Shown: one piece after another, positions 28,976 to 40,209 of the stretch
How positions within the stretch are numbered: the first letter of the stretch is position 1
How the letters are laid out: every line of letters begins with the position of its first letter
NCBI GenBank assembly: GCA_049517415.1
Contig: JBEKSC010000004.1
Coordinates: forward strand, 32,001 to 96,000
Direction of reading: 5' to 3'
Length of the DNA stretch: 64,000 nt
Origin: Candidatus Bathyarchaeia archaeon
GTDB lineage: Archaea; Thermoproteota; Bathyarchaeia; 40CM-2-53-6
Program-made: the position numbers and the translations under genes
Notes under the pieces: generated by a model
The model's database searches: none
What the model was told of the DNA's origin: nothing
Seen by the model: only the letters and a program-made list of their open reading frames with translations

Positions 28976-30145
28976 TTGCAGCTTAGACTGAGGGATATCT
29001 TAGCGCTTACTACTGTCGCCTACCTTGTTAGCGTAGCACACAAGCTCCTTTTCCCTAGAATTCTATTTTTTCCTACTGACATTGGATACGTCTACTTTCT
29101 CTTCGTACTGCCGACAAACAATGGGATCCCGTATCATGCTTATTCCGCGCTCAGCCATCCTGGCTATGTATATCCTGCGATTCCATCGATTCTGACGTGG
29201 CTGAGTGGGTTTGCTCCAGACCCACTAACCTTCTTTGCCACCATGGCTTTCCTGACGTTTCCCTTCGTCTTGGGTGGAGCTTACTTTCTATATCGGATAT
29301 GCACGGAGTTCGGTTTTGACCGGGGGAGGATGCTCCCGTTCTTCATTATGGCCCCCTCGTTCCTGATACTCTCCTTCTATAGTTGGGACATTATCGCGGC
29401 GTCTTTCGTAATTATCGCGATTTACTTCGTCTTCAAGAAAAGGCCGAGACTTACGGGTCTGTGTATAGGGTTGGGGTTCGCGGCGAAGGCGTACCCGCTG
29501 CTCCTTCTGCCGGTGTTTCTGAAGGAGGCGGAGTCTTGGCGGGGTCGTTTAGAGTTGTTTCTCTCAGCCGCCTTGGGGGCGCTTCTTCCCAACTTGCCAT
29601 TCATGATCATCGACTTTCACGGATGGTTCTCCACTGTAGCCTGGCCTTCCGGGGCTGAGCCTGGGGGGACTGGAGGATTCTACCTTGAAAACAGCATATG
29701 GGTCATCATACGTTACTACCACTTGATCAGCCAAGACTGGCTGATGGGAGCGATCGTCTGGTCGCTCATAGCACTGGGAATTCTTTACGTGACCTTTTCC
29801 AGTTATCCCTTCGTCAAGAAGTTGTGGCTTGTAGTCGCGATTACGATCCTCATATTTCCCATATACCCGCCGCAATTCAACGTTTGGTTGCTCCCGCTCT
29901 TCGTACTGAACCCTCTTCCCCTTATTCCATTCTTGGTGTTTGATTTTCTTGATACAGCCATTATTCTTTCTTGGTTCACGGTTGACGACCCACGCCAACC
30001 CTGGGGCCCAGTCTGGATCATATTCGTAATCAGAATAGTGGTGCTAGCGCTCATACTGACTTGGGCTGCACTAAAAAGAAACGACCAGCCCCCACATTCA
30101 AGAGTAGAATCGGTTTTGCCCGATCCTACCGCGGCCACGACATAA
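28976..30145 (+). CDS. GT-C membrane glycosyltransferase (GT87-like)
   Basis: Polytopic; TDI, VYP, WD, G..AKAYP, PQFNVW motifs. Confidence 0.8.
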   Translation: MQLRLRDILALTTVAYLVSVAHKLLFPRILFFPTDIGYVYFLFVLPTNNGIPYHAYSALSHPGYVYPAIPSILTWLSGFAPDPLTFFATMAFLTFPFVLGGAYFLYRICTEFGFDRGRMLPFFIMAPSFLILSFYSWDIIAASFVIIAIYFVFKKRPRLTGLCIGLGFAAKAYPLLLLPVFLKEAESWRGRLELFLSAALGALLPNLPFMIIDFHGWFSTVAWPSGAEPGGTGGFYLENSIWVIIRYYHLISQDWLMGAIVWSLIALGILYVTFSSYPFVKKLWLVVAITILIFPIYPPQFNVWLLPLFVLNPLPLIPFLVFDFLDTAIILSWFTVDDPRQPWGPVWIIFVIRIVVLALILTWAALKRNDQPPHSRVESVLPDPTAATT

Positions 30146-30399
30146 GCCACTGTCCTTGGCTCGTGCCGCGAAAGTGCAACTGTCTAACAATGGCGACGAG
30201 ACAACTGGATGGCCACAGAGGTGATTCCCAGGTTTGCTCAGATCCTCGACTGACGTTCGTGATAATACATGCAAGATACGTGCCCTTGTATCTGTTCTTC
30301 CGAAGCCGAAACTAGATAAATCGAGCCGGTCACCTTCCGAAGACTTTTCGGGAAGAACACAAATAGGTTAAGAATCCGTGGCAATAACTTTCTTGAGTT

Positions 30400-31467
30400 A
30401 TGGTATCCACGAAGCGTTCGCTCATCTCAATATTCCTCATCATCATCGTTTCTTCAACGGTGGTTGGTGCCTACTTTGTATTTCTGGCCCCTCCTAAGAC
30501 ACCAGCTAGTAATGTGGTCAAAGTTACTCGTTACGTCGGGGCCCTGGCCGATAGCGAGGCAGCGTTCTTCGCTGCCGACGCAGAAGGATTTTACGAACAG
30601 AATGGGATTTCATTGACGCAAGTCATAACGGGCGGAACAACTGTTGCGATCCAAGCTCTAGCAGCTGACAAAACGGGCTTATCATTCGTGTGGGGTAGTC
30701 TCATCAATATTGTGTTATTTGAGAGTCAAAATCCAAACTCCACCGAACTCATTAGTGTCGCTAGCACCGGCCACGCAAATCCAGTTAGTATTCAGTACCT
30801 CAAGAGCAGTGGGATTTCCAAACCTTCGGATTTGGTCGGGAAAGTAGTCGGGGTCAATCCGACAGGCCTAAGTTTCACCATGTTTCAAGCTTTCTTGAAG
30901 CAGAACGGCCTTACTGACAAAATACGTATCGAGATGATCGCAGTTCCAGCTCTCGTTCCGGCACTCCTATCAAGGAAAGTCGACGCGATCGTTCAATTTG
31001 CAACCAACTTCGCTGTCTTGAACTCTAACGCCAAGGAGATCAATGAGGAGGCTAGTATGTTTCTCCTATCCGACTACGGGCTGCCAAACCTTGGGCTTGG
31101 GATTATCGTGCAGAAGAAACTGGTTAGCGATCGCCCAGACGTCGTGAAGAGGATTGTGAACGCGACGATGCAAGGGATGCGGTTTTGTGTTCTTGAACCA
31201 GCCTCCTGCGCTGCAGATTTCGTAAAAGTCAATCCAACATTCGAGTTTAATGAAACATTGGACGACTTGGGTTTCTTCATTAACTTCGATCTTGGCCCCC
31301 CATTCAACAACCACGATAAGATGACTAACCTAACCGCTCTACAGCTTGGTTGGCATGACCCAAAGGAGGTGGCACAAATAGTTGAGTTCGCCAAGGAAAC
31401 ATATAGTGTCTCTGCGGAACTTAGTCCAGAATCGGTTTACACAAATCAATTTGTTGAGCAGCCCTAA
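30400..31467 (+). CDS. ABC substrate-binding protein, NMT1/THI5/SsuA family
   Basis: A..EGFYEQNGI, SGISKPSDLVGK, LLSRKVDA; N-terminal anchor. Confidence 0.85.
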   Translation: MVSTKRSLISIFLIIIVSSTVVGAYFVFLAPPKTPASNVVKVTRYVGALADSEAAFFAADAEGFYEQNGISLTQVITGGTTVAIQALAADKTGLSFVWGSLINIVLFESQNPNSTELISVASTGHANPVSIQYLKSSGISKPSDLVGKVVGVNPTGLSFTMFQAFLKQNGLTDKIRIEMIAVPALVPALLSRKVDAIVQFATNFAVLNSNAKEINEEASMFLLSDYGLPNLGLGIIVQKKLVSDRPDVVKRIVNATMQGMRFCVLEPASCAADFVKVNPTFEFNETLDDLGFFINFDLGPPFNNHDKMTNLTALQLGWHDPKEVAQIVEFAKETYSVSAELSPESVYTNQFVEQP

Positions 31468-31484
31468 GATCGAACTGAACACAC

Positions 31485-32258
31485 TTGCGATTTGCATATA
31501 CGTTCCAAAGGAATTTCAAGGACAGGCTTATCGTTGTAGTTGTCTTCGTCATCGCGGTTATGCTGTGGCAATTCACATCAGCAGTGGGCCTAGTTCCGCG
31601 GTATCTTATTCCACCGCCAACTGAGATAGTCAAAGAACTGTTCAACCCGAGCGTAGATTGGCCTAAGCAAATTCTAGCAACCACCGCAACGATCATTTTG
31701 GGATTTGCATTCGGCACTCTGGGTGGAGTAGCGCTTGCCTTCTTGGTTACACTGTCCCGTCTACTAAGAAAAATCCTGCTACCCTACTTAGTTGGCATTG
31801 AGGCTTTACCCAAGATCGCGATTGCTCCGGTCTTATACATTCTACTTGGGTTCAGCGACCTGGCTAGAATTGTTCTGGTCGTCCTCCTCACTTTCTTTCC
31901 CGTTGTAATCGCCACATCAACGGGTCTTGTTGATGTCGATCAGAATCTTCTTTATCTGCTAAGATCACTCGGCGCCAGTGAAACCAAAATCTTTTACAAG
32001 ATCAGGCTGCCAAACTCACTACCTCACATGTTTGACGGCCTAAGATTGGCAGTAATCAGCGCTGTAGCAGGTGCTGTAATAGCTGAATTCATAAGCTCAT
32101 CCGCCGGCCTAGGCTACTTGATAATAAACGCGCAGAACTTTTTTGACACAAGTTTGGCCTTTGCTGCTTTCACCGTGTTAAGCATACTCAGCTTAGCGCT
32201 ATACGGCTCAGTTGAACTGGCGGCCTATATCATAATGCCATGGTTTAGGAAGAAGTAG
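31485..32258 (+). CDS. ABC permease (SsuC/TauC type)
   Basis: PKIAIAP, LGAS..IRLP, AEF..GLGYLI. Confidence 0.9.
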   Translation: MRFAYTFQRNFKDRLIVVVVFVIAVMLWQFTSAVGLVPRYLIPPPTEIVKELFNPSVDWPKQILATTATIILGFAFGTLGGVALAFLVTLSRLLRKILLPYLVGIEALPKIAIAPVLYILLGFSDLARIVLVVLLTFFPVVIATSTGLVDVDQNLLYLLRSLGASETKIFYKIRLPNSLPHMFDGLRLAVISAVAGAVIAEFISSSAGLGYLIINAQNFFDTSLAFAAFTVLSILSLALYGSVELAAYIIMPWFRKK

Positions 32259-32260
32259 CC

Positions 32261-33028
32261 ATGGCATCAGTTGAGCTGCTTCGCTTAAGCAATGTGAGCA
32301 AAACCTACGAGCCTGTCACTGGGGAGAACGTGGAAGCCATCAGAGGCATATCACTCTCATTAGCTGACGGAGAGGTGCTGGCGTTGCTTGGCCCGAGTGG
32401 ATGTGGGAAGTCCACACTCCTGAGGTTGATAGCTGGCGTCGAGATACCTACGTCAGGGAATATTGAGAGGGCAAGTGGGGCAGGGAATAAGCAATTCGTA
32501 GTGGGTTATGTGTTCCAGGATTCAAGTCTCATGAGGTGGAGAACAGTGCGGGACAACATTAGGATTCCACTTGAAATCCTCGGAAAGAATGACGACAAAA
32601 GAGTGACTGAAATGATTCGGTTGGTGGGACTCACAGGATTTGAAAGGGCATATCCGATCGAATTGTCTGGTGGAATGCAAAGAAGAGTCGCGGTGGCGCG
32701 AGCATTGATTCATGAGCCTAGTGTCTTGTTAATGGATGAGCCTTTCACAGGAGTCGATGAAATGACGAAGGAGACTCTACAAGGAGAGCTAAATCACCTG
32801 ATTAGACGCCTCCATGTGACCGGAGCACTTGTCACACATGACATCGAGGAAGCGGTCTATATCGCAAGCCGAGTCTTGGTAATGTCATCCCGCCCAGGAA
32901 CAATAATCGAAGAAGTCAGAGTTCCCCTACCCGACGAACGACAACCAATTATGAGAATTGAGGAACCCTTCATAAGTTGTTGCAGAGTCATCCGAGAGAA
33001 GCTCAACTTGCTTCAAGCAGTCAAATGA
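32261..33028 (+). CDS. ABC ATP-binding protein (SsuB/TauB type)
   Basis: GPSGCGKST, LSGGMQ, LLMDEPF, VTHD. Confidence 0.93.
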   Translation: MASVELLRLSNVSKTYEPVTGENVEAIRGISLSLADGEVLALLGPSGCGKSTLLRLIAGVEIPTSGNIERASGAGNKQFVVGYVFQDSSLMRWRTVRDNIRIPLEILGKNDDKRVTEMIRLVGLTGFERAYPIELSGGMQRRVAVARALIHEPSVLLMDEPFTGVDEMTKETLQGELNHLIRRLHVTGALVTHDIEEAVYIASRVLVMSSRPGTIIEEVRVPLPDERQPIMRIEEPFISCCRVIREKLNLLQAVK

Positions 33029-33254
33029 TTAGTGCGACGCAAAGGGATGTGCCCGTGAGAATAGTGACGGCGCATCATGGCAGTTGTAATCGACTGATTG
33101 GATCTTTCTCTATTTCTCTGAATATCTAGGTAGACTCATATCTTCTTTCAGGTAAGAATCAGCGCAGTGAAACCCCTGCGCGCTTACCTCTTAACACACG
33201 TAACTTCGGAAACGAAACTGCGACAGCAGCCAGTTGGTTAAGGTGTTCTAGGAA

Positions 33255-34550
33255 TTGTTTATTCAGGTTCTAAGGAACTGGGCGTCGCTCCAGCATTCAC
33301 AATGGATGAACCGTAGCTCTCTTGTGAAGCTTCAGAACGGCAGACTACGGAACATTGTTGATCTCGCTTACCACAGAGTCCCCTTTTATCGCGAGTTGTA
33401 CCAGAACGCAGGCCTGAAACCTGGCGACGTCACAGACGTCAAGGCCATCTGGAAACTCCCCACCATCAACAAGGAGCAGCTCCGAGCCGTCTCGCTGGAA
33501 AAGAGGACGGCCGATGGAACAGATCTTGGCGCTTGTAGAGTTCATACTACTTCTGGTTCAACTGGAACGACGCTCGTATTACTGGAGGATGAGTACGCAT
33601 TCGCATTTCGCGATGCCCTAAACCTGCGATTCCTCTGGGCTTATGGTGTAACGCCTCGGGACAGAGTGGTGAGGATGAGAACAAGCGAAGTGGGGGGAGC
33701 GCAACCTAGAGTCCGTCTCGGTGACAGGCGCGGCTTATGGTCCTACGTCAGAAAGAAATGCGCAAGGCAGCTAACCTATGACACCGACATTGAAGAGCAT
33801 CTGCGGCTGTTTTCGGAGTTGAAACCTGACGTGTTAATGGCTCAGACTTCCTACTGCCACGCTCTCGCCGAGTTTAGTGAGCTTACCGGAAATACCCTCA
33901 ACTTTAGGATCATAGTCACTAGTGGCGGGATATTGGACGAGGCGACTCGGAAACTCATTAGCGATAGGTTTGGAGCCGAGGTGTACGATCATTACGGTAG
34001 TGAGGAGGCGGGGGGATCGATTGCGTGGGAATGCCCATCCCACTCAGGTTACCACGTAAACGCTGAGACTTTGCTCGTAGAGTTCCTTCGCAATGGAGGG
34101 GCTGTTCTAGGCGAACCAGGTGAGGTTCACGTAACCTCCTTCTGTAGGGTCGCTACGCCGATCATACGCTATTCCATCAGTGATGTAGCGACTCCAATCG
34201 GTGATGAATGTTCATGCGGTCGAGGATTGCCTTTGATCGGGGGAATCCAAGGAAGGGTTGTGGATTTCATTCTAACGGAGGATGGTCAATATGTGTCTCC
34301 CTTAGCTGTTCTAAATGCTCTTCAAAATGTGCCTGGCGTGGACCGGTTCAAGGTGACGCAACGCCCAGACTTCTCAATCGAAATCCTCGTCACATGTCAG
34401 GGAGACGACGCAAAGTCAGTTACTGCAAATGTGCGCAGTCGCTGTCAAGCAGTGTTTCGAGGATTGCCTTTTGAGATAAAGCTGGTCGACAGAATAGAAA
34501 ACTCAAACGTTCCGAAATTTCGCGTAGTGGAATCACGTGTAGCGCATTGA
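33255..34550 (+). CDS. Phenylacetate-CoA ligase/CapK-like adenylate-forming enzyme
   Basis: VPFYRELY, TTSGSTG, YGSEE, PIIRY..DV, GR..D. Confidence 0.85.
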   Translation: MFIQVLRNWASLQHSQWMNRSSLVKLQNGRLRNIVDLAYHRVPFYRELYQNAGLKPGDVTDVKAIWKLPTINKEQLRAVSLEKRTADGTDLGACRVHTTSGSTGTTLVLLEDEYAFAFRDALNLRFLWAYGVTPRDRVVRMRTSEVGGAQPRVRLGDRRGLWSYVRKKCARQLTYDTDIEEHLRLFSELKPDVLMAQTSYCHALAEFSELTGNTLNFRIIVTSGGILDEATRKLISDRFGAEVYDHYGSEEAGGSIAWECPSHSGYHVNAETLLVEFLRNGGAVLGEPGEVHVTSFCRVATPIIRYSISDVATPIGDECSCGRGLPLIGGIQGRVVDFILTEDGQYVSPLAVLNALQNVPGVDRFKVTQRPDFSIEILVTCQGDDAKSVTANVRSRCQAVFRGLPFEIKLVDRIENSNVPKFRVVESRVAH

Positions 34551-34851
34551 GTTCCATAGAACCCCTAAAGAAACCATCTGCGTCCTCCCGCCAAATATCG
34601 CAAACGCATAGTTATTTCCGAATAGATTTTGTCGTCACAAATGGTCAATGCGAAGTCTCCGTCCCTCAGCCCAGTCGATAAGAAATTTACAAATTTACAA
34701 ATTCACGAATACCTAACCCTACTATGTCTACGTGGCTCCGTGACGAAAACGGAAAATTTGCGGGATAGCTTAATTCCAAATGCGAGTCCTGAAGTTGTAA
34801 AATCTTAAGAGCTTATGAGCTGTTTTCAGTGTCGCCTTGAAAGGATAACCC

Positions 34852-37794
34852 TTGACTCGCACATTATCTCGCAAGCCCCTACTACTCCTAACAGTATTAG
34901 CTTTCGTACTGTTTCTAACTCCAGCCCAGCCGTATAATTTCAGCACAACTAACACTGGGTCAGTCCAGAACGCGTCCGTGAAGGACGGGAAACTATCTTT
35001 CAATGGTGGGAACCGTGGTGGTCTCTTGGGCGCAGGGGCCATTCAACCAGTATTTGCCTACGGCACTGGACAGTATGCCAGCCTAGAACTCGGACAAAAA
35101 CCAGCAAGCTTCATTGAGGGCAGCGCTTGGCCATTCACTCAGTATGGACTGTTTGAACCGAAGGGGTTAGGAGTTGATTCGCATGGTAACGTCTGGGTTG
35201 CGGATTATTATGATAATCGTGTTTTGGAGTTTACCCGCCCATTCAGTAATGGTGAAAATGCGGTGTTGGTGTTAGGGCAGTCAGGCTACGGTACGTACAC
35301 AGCTGCGGATACCCCGAGCGGAATGAACGGCCCAAGTGGTGTAGCGGTTGATTCGAGTGGTAACCTTTGGGTTGCTGACGCGGGGAATAATCGTGTTTTA
35401 GAGTTTACTTGCACCGCCACTAGCACTTGTTCGAACGGTAACACTGCGGTAATGGTGCTGGGGCAATCAGCCTTCAACACCAAGACAGCTGCGGATACTA
35501 TGAGCGGAATGAGCGGACCAACTGGCTTAACGTTTGATTCAAATCATTGGCTGTGGGTTTCAGATACCGGGAACAATCGTGTTTTAGAGTTTACTTGCAC
35601 CGCCACTAGCACTTGTTCGAACGGTAGTGACTGGGTGGAAGTGCTGGGTCAATCATACTACGGCACCAACACAGCTGCTGACACCCAGAACGGAATGAGC
35701 GGCCCACGCGGTTTAGGGTTTGATGGTTCCAGCGTTCTCTGGGTTGCGGATTACGGTAATAATCGCGTTTTGGGGTTTGTTTGCACCGCCCGAGAGAATT
35801 GTGCGTGGGGTAGTAGTGCGTCGGTGGAGCTGGGTCAACCAAGCGGCGCAACAGCCTTCACTACAAACACCGCTGCCACCTCCCAGAGCGGAATGAGCGG
35901 ACCAAGTGACGTAGTGACTGATTCGCACGGTTACCTCTGGGTTTCGGATTTTGGTAATAATCGCGTTTTGGAATTTACTTGCGACTACGGGTATGGTTGT
36001 TCGGATGGTAATGATGCGGTGCTGGTGCTGGGTCAGTCGGGCTTCAGCACAAAAACTTCTGCTACCTCCCAGAACGGAATATGGGAACCATACGGTTTAG
36101 GGTTTGATTATTCCGGTAATCTCTGGGTTGCGGATCACGTGAATAGTCGAGTGTTAGCGTTTTGGGCCAACGAGGTGACGGCTGATAGTGACATCATAAC
36201 CCTCAGTGGTGGGGATGGGTCGTTTACGTCTAGTCTGACGAGTATGACGGTTACGATTAGCGGATCAACAGCTAGCGCATCCGTCTTTATCTTACCTCAG
36301 ACTCTCTCCACACAGAATTATGGCCTCCCGACGTTCGAGTTGAATAATCCAAAGCTCTTCGACGTAGCCATCTCAGGGATAACAACTGGCACAGCCAACG
36401 TGTGCGTACCGGACAGTTTAGCGGATTCAGCCACCGTCATCCAATATTGGAACGGCATATATTTCTGGTCCACCGCGTCGAGTATAACTGTAACTGATGG
36501 AACATCGGTCTGTGGTAACATTCCCGTCTCCTCCCTGCAAGGAAACAACATTGGAGCGGGTGATCCAGTTACTCCGACTACAACGACGACCACAACCTTA
36601 ACTTCGACGAGCATTACCGCGACGACGAGTTCTACGAGTACGACTTCAACGTTTTCAACTATCACCGGCTCGACGACCTTATCCGCGGTCACGAATGCTC
36701 CGACGGTTACCGGGACCATGACGACCACTAGTACGGTTACTGGTCCCGTGGCTGGCACTGCCACCACGATCTACACGACTATTCTGTCCACAAGCACATC
36801 GACTAGTTTGGTGACTTCCAGTGTTGGGGAGACGACTACGGAGACGGGTGTGACGACGCTCAGCACCGGTACCTCGACCAGTACGGCTACGGAGACGGCG
36901 TTTGCGACGACGACGGCTGGTGGGACGGTGACGGTTACCGAGACGAATACTTTCAACGTGCTTTTGACGAATGTCTTTCATGAGTTGCATCAGTTTGCGG
37001 ACGAGTTCCTGCAGCTGGTCGGAGTCCAGCCAGTAGTCACACCCTTCGGTCAGCAGGTGAATAGTGTTCAGGTGACGGTTCTGACGCCATGTGCGGGCTG
37101 TGTTACAAGTACCAAGACTGCTCTTACCACTCTCACCACAGTTGTGGCTACGTTGTTGAAGGGGACGACTACTACTGCGACGTCGACTGCTTCTGCCACT
37201 GTTACGCGTACTACGCCTGTTGTGTTTAGTACGACTCAGACTGCGACTCGTTCTGCGACCGCAACAAAGACTCTGACTTCAACTGCAACTGTGACTAATA
37301 CCAAGTCGGTTACGGTGGTTTCTGCGGTTTCTACGAGTACCGTGACTCCAACTAAGACTGCGGCAACCGTCACCACAACGCCAACCTCCACGGCTGCTAC
37401 TGCGTCTGTGACTGCAACCAGTACTGCGGCTACCCTGCGTGTCCCCGCAACTACTACTGGCACGGATACCGACACTACTCAAGTGACTGTTACCTTCTAC
37501 AGCTACACTAACGTTATTGTTACGGCTACCTCGACCGCCACCGTGTTCTCGCCGACTGTTACGCTATCTACTACTGCGGCTACGTTGCGCGAGCCTGCAA
37601 CTACCACTACTGTCAGCAACACGGCCACTGCGACTAGCGTTAGCACTGCGTCTGTGACGAACACTAAGACTAGCACTCAAACCTCAACCGTTACGGTCCT
37701 CCACGTGGCTACGACAACTACTCAGACTACGGCCGCTGCCACTCCCACTGTAACAGTAGTCACCACGGTGACAACAACAACATCAGGCGCATGA
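34852..37794 (+). CDS. Secreted NHL-repeat protein with Thr-rich C-terminal stalk
   Basis: Six P.G...DS.GNLWVAD..NNRVLEF repeats; Thr-rich C-terminal part. Confidence 0.87.
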   Translation: MTRTLSRKPLLLLTVLAFVLFLTPAQPYNFSTTNTGSVQNASVKDGKLSFNGGNRGGLLGAGAIQPVFAYGTGQYASLELGQKPASFIEGSAWPFTQYGLFEPKGLGVDSHGNVWVADYYDNRVLEFTRPFSNGENAVLVLGQSGYGTYTAADTPSGMNGPSGVAVDSSGNLWVADAGNNRVLEFTCTATSTCSNGNTAVMVLGQSAFNTKTAADTMSGMSGPTGLTFDSNHWLWVSDTGNNRVLEFTCTATSTCSNGSDWVEVLGQSYYGTNTAADTQNGMSGPRGLGFDGSSVLWVADYGNNRVLGFVCTARENCAWGSSASVELGQPSGATAFTTNTAATSQSGMSGPSDVVTDSHGYLWVSDFGNNRVLEFTCDYGYGCSDGNDAVLVLGQSGFSTKTSATSQNGIWEPYGLGFDYSGNLWVADHVNSRVLAFWANEVTADSDIITLSGGDGSFTSSLTSMTVTISGSTASASVFILPQTLSTQNYGLPTFELNNPKLFDVAISGITTGTANVCVPDSLADSATVIQYWNGIYFWSTASSITVTDGTSVCGNIPVSSLQGNNIGAGDPVTPTTTTTTTLTSTSITATTSSTSTTSTFSTITGSTTLSAVTNAPTVTGTMTTTSTVTGPVAGTATTIYTTILSTSTSTSLVTSSVGETTTETGVTTLSTGTSTSTATETAFATTTAGGTVTVTETNTFNVLLTNVFHELHQFADEFLQLVGVQPVVTPFGQQVNSVQVTVLTPCAGCVTSTKTALTTLTTVVATLLKGTTTTATSTASATVTRTTPVVFSTTQTATRSATATKTLTSTATVTNTKSVTVVSAVSTSTVTPTKTAATVTTTPTSTAATASVTATSTAATLRVPATTTGTDTDTTQVTVTFYSYTNVIVTATSTATVFSPTVTLSTTAATLREPATTTTVSNTATATSVSTASVTNTKTSTQTSTVTVLHVATTTTQTTAAATPTVTVVTTVTTTTSGA

Positions 37795-37997
37795 AGAACC
37801 TTTCACCAAGACCGCAGACGCATCACTGCAAATAGATCAAGAACGCGAGCGTGCTTCTGAAACTTCCGATTCTCAAAGTTCATGAAAATACTACTAGATG
37901 CTTGACAGGACGTTTGTGGTTGGAGACTCTGGAGTGCCCCGCGAACTCAAATACGTTCGAAGCAAACACTGAGTCCCCCGTTGGCTAGGTGGACTGA

Positions 37998-39188
37998 TTG
38001 GAATCAGCTCTTCTTCCAAGATACGACCCGGAGCTCGTTATCTCCTCAAATGATGTGTTAGGAAATTGCCACTTTGTTGTGGACCGATCTGTTCTTGGTA
38101 GATGCTGGGGAGGTATCAGAGTTGCAACCCATCTAGACTTGGAAGAGGTCAAAACCTTAGCAAGGTCGATGACGTTGAAGGGCATAATGGCAGGCATTCC
38201 GATTGGCGGCGCAAAGTGTGGATTAGACATTAGTTCGAACGATTATGACAGACAGGTTGTTGTGAGATTAGTTGCTCGAACGATTTCTACATTTATCCGA
38301 AGAGGATCATACTTTCCGGGCACCGACATTGGATTCAACGAAGCTGACGTTGATGCAGTCACTACTCTATCTGAGACCGCTCGCAGATTGTTCAGGGGTA
38401 TTGTTTCGGTAGGAGATGCCTGCGCAATAGGAATTCTAGCGTGCGTCAAATATGCCAACGGAACGCACCCGGATTTCAAGGCTCGCACGGTTGCCCTGGA
38501 AGGCTTCGGGAGAGTTGGGGTCCCCACAGCAAAGTTGTTTTCCTCGGAAGGCTTCAGAGTTGTGGCCGTTGGCAACCTGTATGGGACGGTGTGTGACCCT
38601 CATGGCTTGAACGTGGAGGACCTGGCTTCACTTTCTCCCCTTGGTGTTGAGCAAATGCTCCGAGCTTACGTGAATGCACACCCAGCAGCGAGCTTGCATC
38701 CCAAAGAATACGTGAACGTTGCGGAGGCGGATATTCTTATTCCAGGTGCCCGAGCACTGACGTTAAACGCTGCAGTGGCGGGTCAAGTTAGGGCGAAGAT
38801 AGTTTGCCCACTATCAAATTCACCAGTAACCGTTCAGGGAGAGAAAACCTTGGCCGAAAGAAGAATCATCTCAATCCCCGATTTCATTTCGAACTCAGGG
38901 GGCATCATAGCAAGCTTCGCTCAACAACTCGCAGCGAATTCAAAGGAGACCCATGCGCTGATCTCTAAGATAGTAACCAGCAACCTTGAAACAGTGTTTA
39001 AGGGGCTTCCCGCCGGGGAAATTCCGAAAGAGAAAGCGTGCCAGATCGCGGTCGAAAAATTAGACCAGCTTTCTTCAAACGAACGCCTCGAATCTCTCAG
39101 GCTAATGTTCCGTTGGACGAGAGCTTTGGGCCCCAAGGCGGCTTTGAAGGGTTTGAGCGAATATGCCTCATTGAAGCTCTACGGTTAG
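37998..39188 (+). CDS. Divergent Glu/Leu/Phe/Val dehydrogenase-family protein
   Basis: GGIR, MTLK, GGAK, GFGRVG, PDFISNSGG. Confidence 0.8.
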   Translation: MESALLPRYDPELVISSNDVLGNCHFVVDRSVLGRCWGGIRVATHLDLEEVKTLARSMTLKGIMAGIPIGGAKCGLDISSNDYDRQVVVRLVARTISTFIRRGSYFPGTDIGFNEADVDAVTTLSETARRLFRGIVSVGDACAIGILACVKYANGTHPDFKARTVALEGFGRVGVPTAKLFSSEGFRVVAVGNLYGTVCDPHGLNVEDLASLSPLGVEQMLRAYVNAHPAASLHPKEYVNVAEADILIPGARALTLNAAVAGQVRAKIVCPLSNSPVTVQGEKTLAERRIISIPDFISNSGGIIASFAQQLAANSKETHALISKIVTSNLETVFKGLPAGEIPKEKACQIAVEKLDQLSSNERLESLRLMFRWTRALGPKAALKGLSEYASLKLYG

Positions 39189-39212
39189 GCAGCTGTCGGA
39201 TGACTAAACCGC

Positions 39213-40031
39213 GTGGGACGAGGAGCGGAATTCTTGCTCTCAAAAGTTGAGGTGGAGATGCTTAGGACGTGGGAGGACATTGCACCGCGTTTTAAGACAG
39301 GACGAAGCAGCGTCGCCTTCAAGGACATTGCCTTTCGTGAGGTATACGGCGAACTCATCAGGCAAGTGATAAGGAAGCATCTTCCTCGGAGATGTTTGGT
39401 TCTCAAAACCGATTTGTGGAACGAAGGCATCGAGGTTGATAGGAACCTCGCAGCGTATGTCAACGATTCATCCAAGAAGTGTCGGCTCGTTGCGATTGAT
39501 GTATGTCGATATGTTTGCGAATCTGCGAAGCAATCGAATCCGGGGCTCGAGGTAGTCCGGGCTACCCTGCTGGCTTCTCCATTTCGACGAAAATTCGATT
39601 TCATAATCGACGCTTCAACCGTAGATCATATGCCTGAACGCTTACGAGAGGTTTGGGTTTCCGGTGAATCTCAGGCATTGAAGGCAGGTGGGGTTTTGCT
39701 GATCTCATTCGATTGCCGTATGAACCTCTTCACTGAGCTGTACCATAAACTCTCTACTCGGCGGGTATACCCTGAATGGACCCTCGCCCCAGCCCAGGTT
39801 CGGGCCCAGCTTGTTTCGAGCCATTTGACTGTGATTCGCGAGCACGCCGTCTTTGTGGCAGGGCTATTCCTTGGGACACACCGCCCCTGGTTTCCCTTCT
39901 CGCCTCTCCTAAAAAACAGGGGCATGTTCAGTTTCATCAAGAAAACGGAACTTTCGAAACGCTCTCACATCCTCTCATTTCTCGCGCCACAGTACGTGAT
40001 AGTCGCACGTAGAAACCCCATTGGAAGATAG
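39213..40031 (+). CDS. Class I SAM-dependent methyltransferase-like protein
   Basis: VLKTDLWNEG, VAID, FDFIID.STVDH, LKAGGVLLI. Confidence 0.7.
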   Translation: MGRGAEFLLSKVEVEMLRTWEDIAPRFKTGRSSVAFKDIAFREVYGELIRQVIRKHLPRRCLVLKTDLWNEGIEVDRNLAAYVNDSSKKCRLVAIDVCRYVCESAKQSNPGLEVVRATLLASPFRRKFDFIIDASTVDHMPERLREVWVSGESQALKAGGVLLISFDCRMNLFTELYHKLSTRRVYPEWTLAPAQVRAQLVSSHLTVIREHAVFVAGLFLGTHRPWFPFSPLLKNRGMFSFIKKTELSKRSHILSFLAPQYVIVARRNPIGR

Positions 40032-40209
40032 AAAGTGCCAGGTGAAAAGTGGGAGGGTCGCTTCTAAACCTCATAGTGCACTGGCATAGCTATTCTTTCT
40101 TGGATGGCGTTTCGCTAGTGAAACTTTGGATCAGCATTCGACCCAGAGCGCATATGCAAGAGGTTTTATTTCTCAGGGCCTCAGACTCACGTAGGGTCGT
40201 GCAAGAAGA

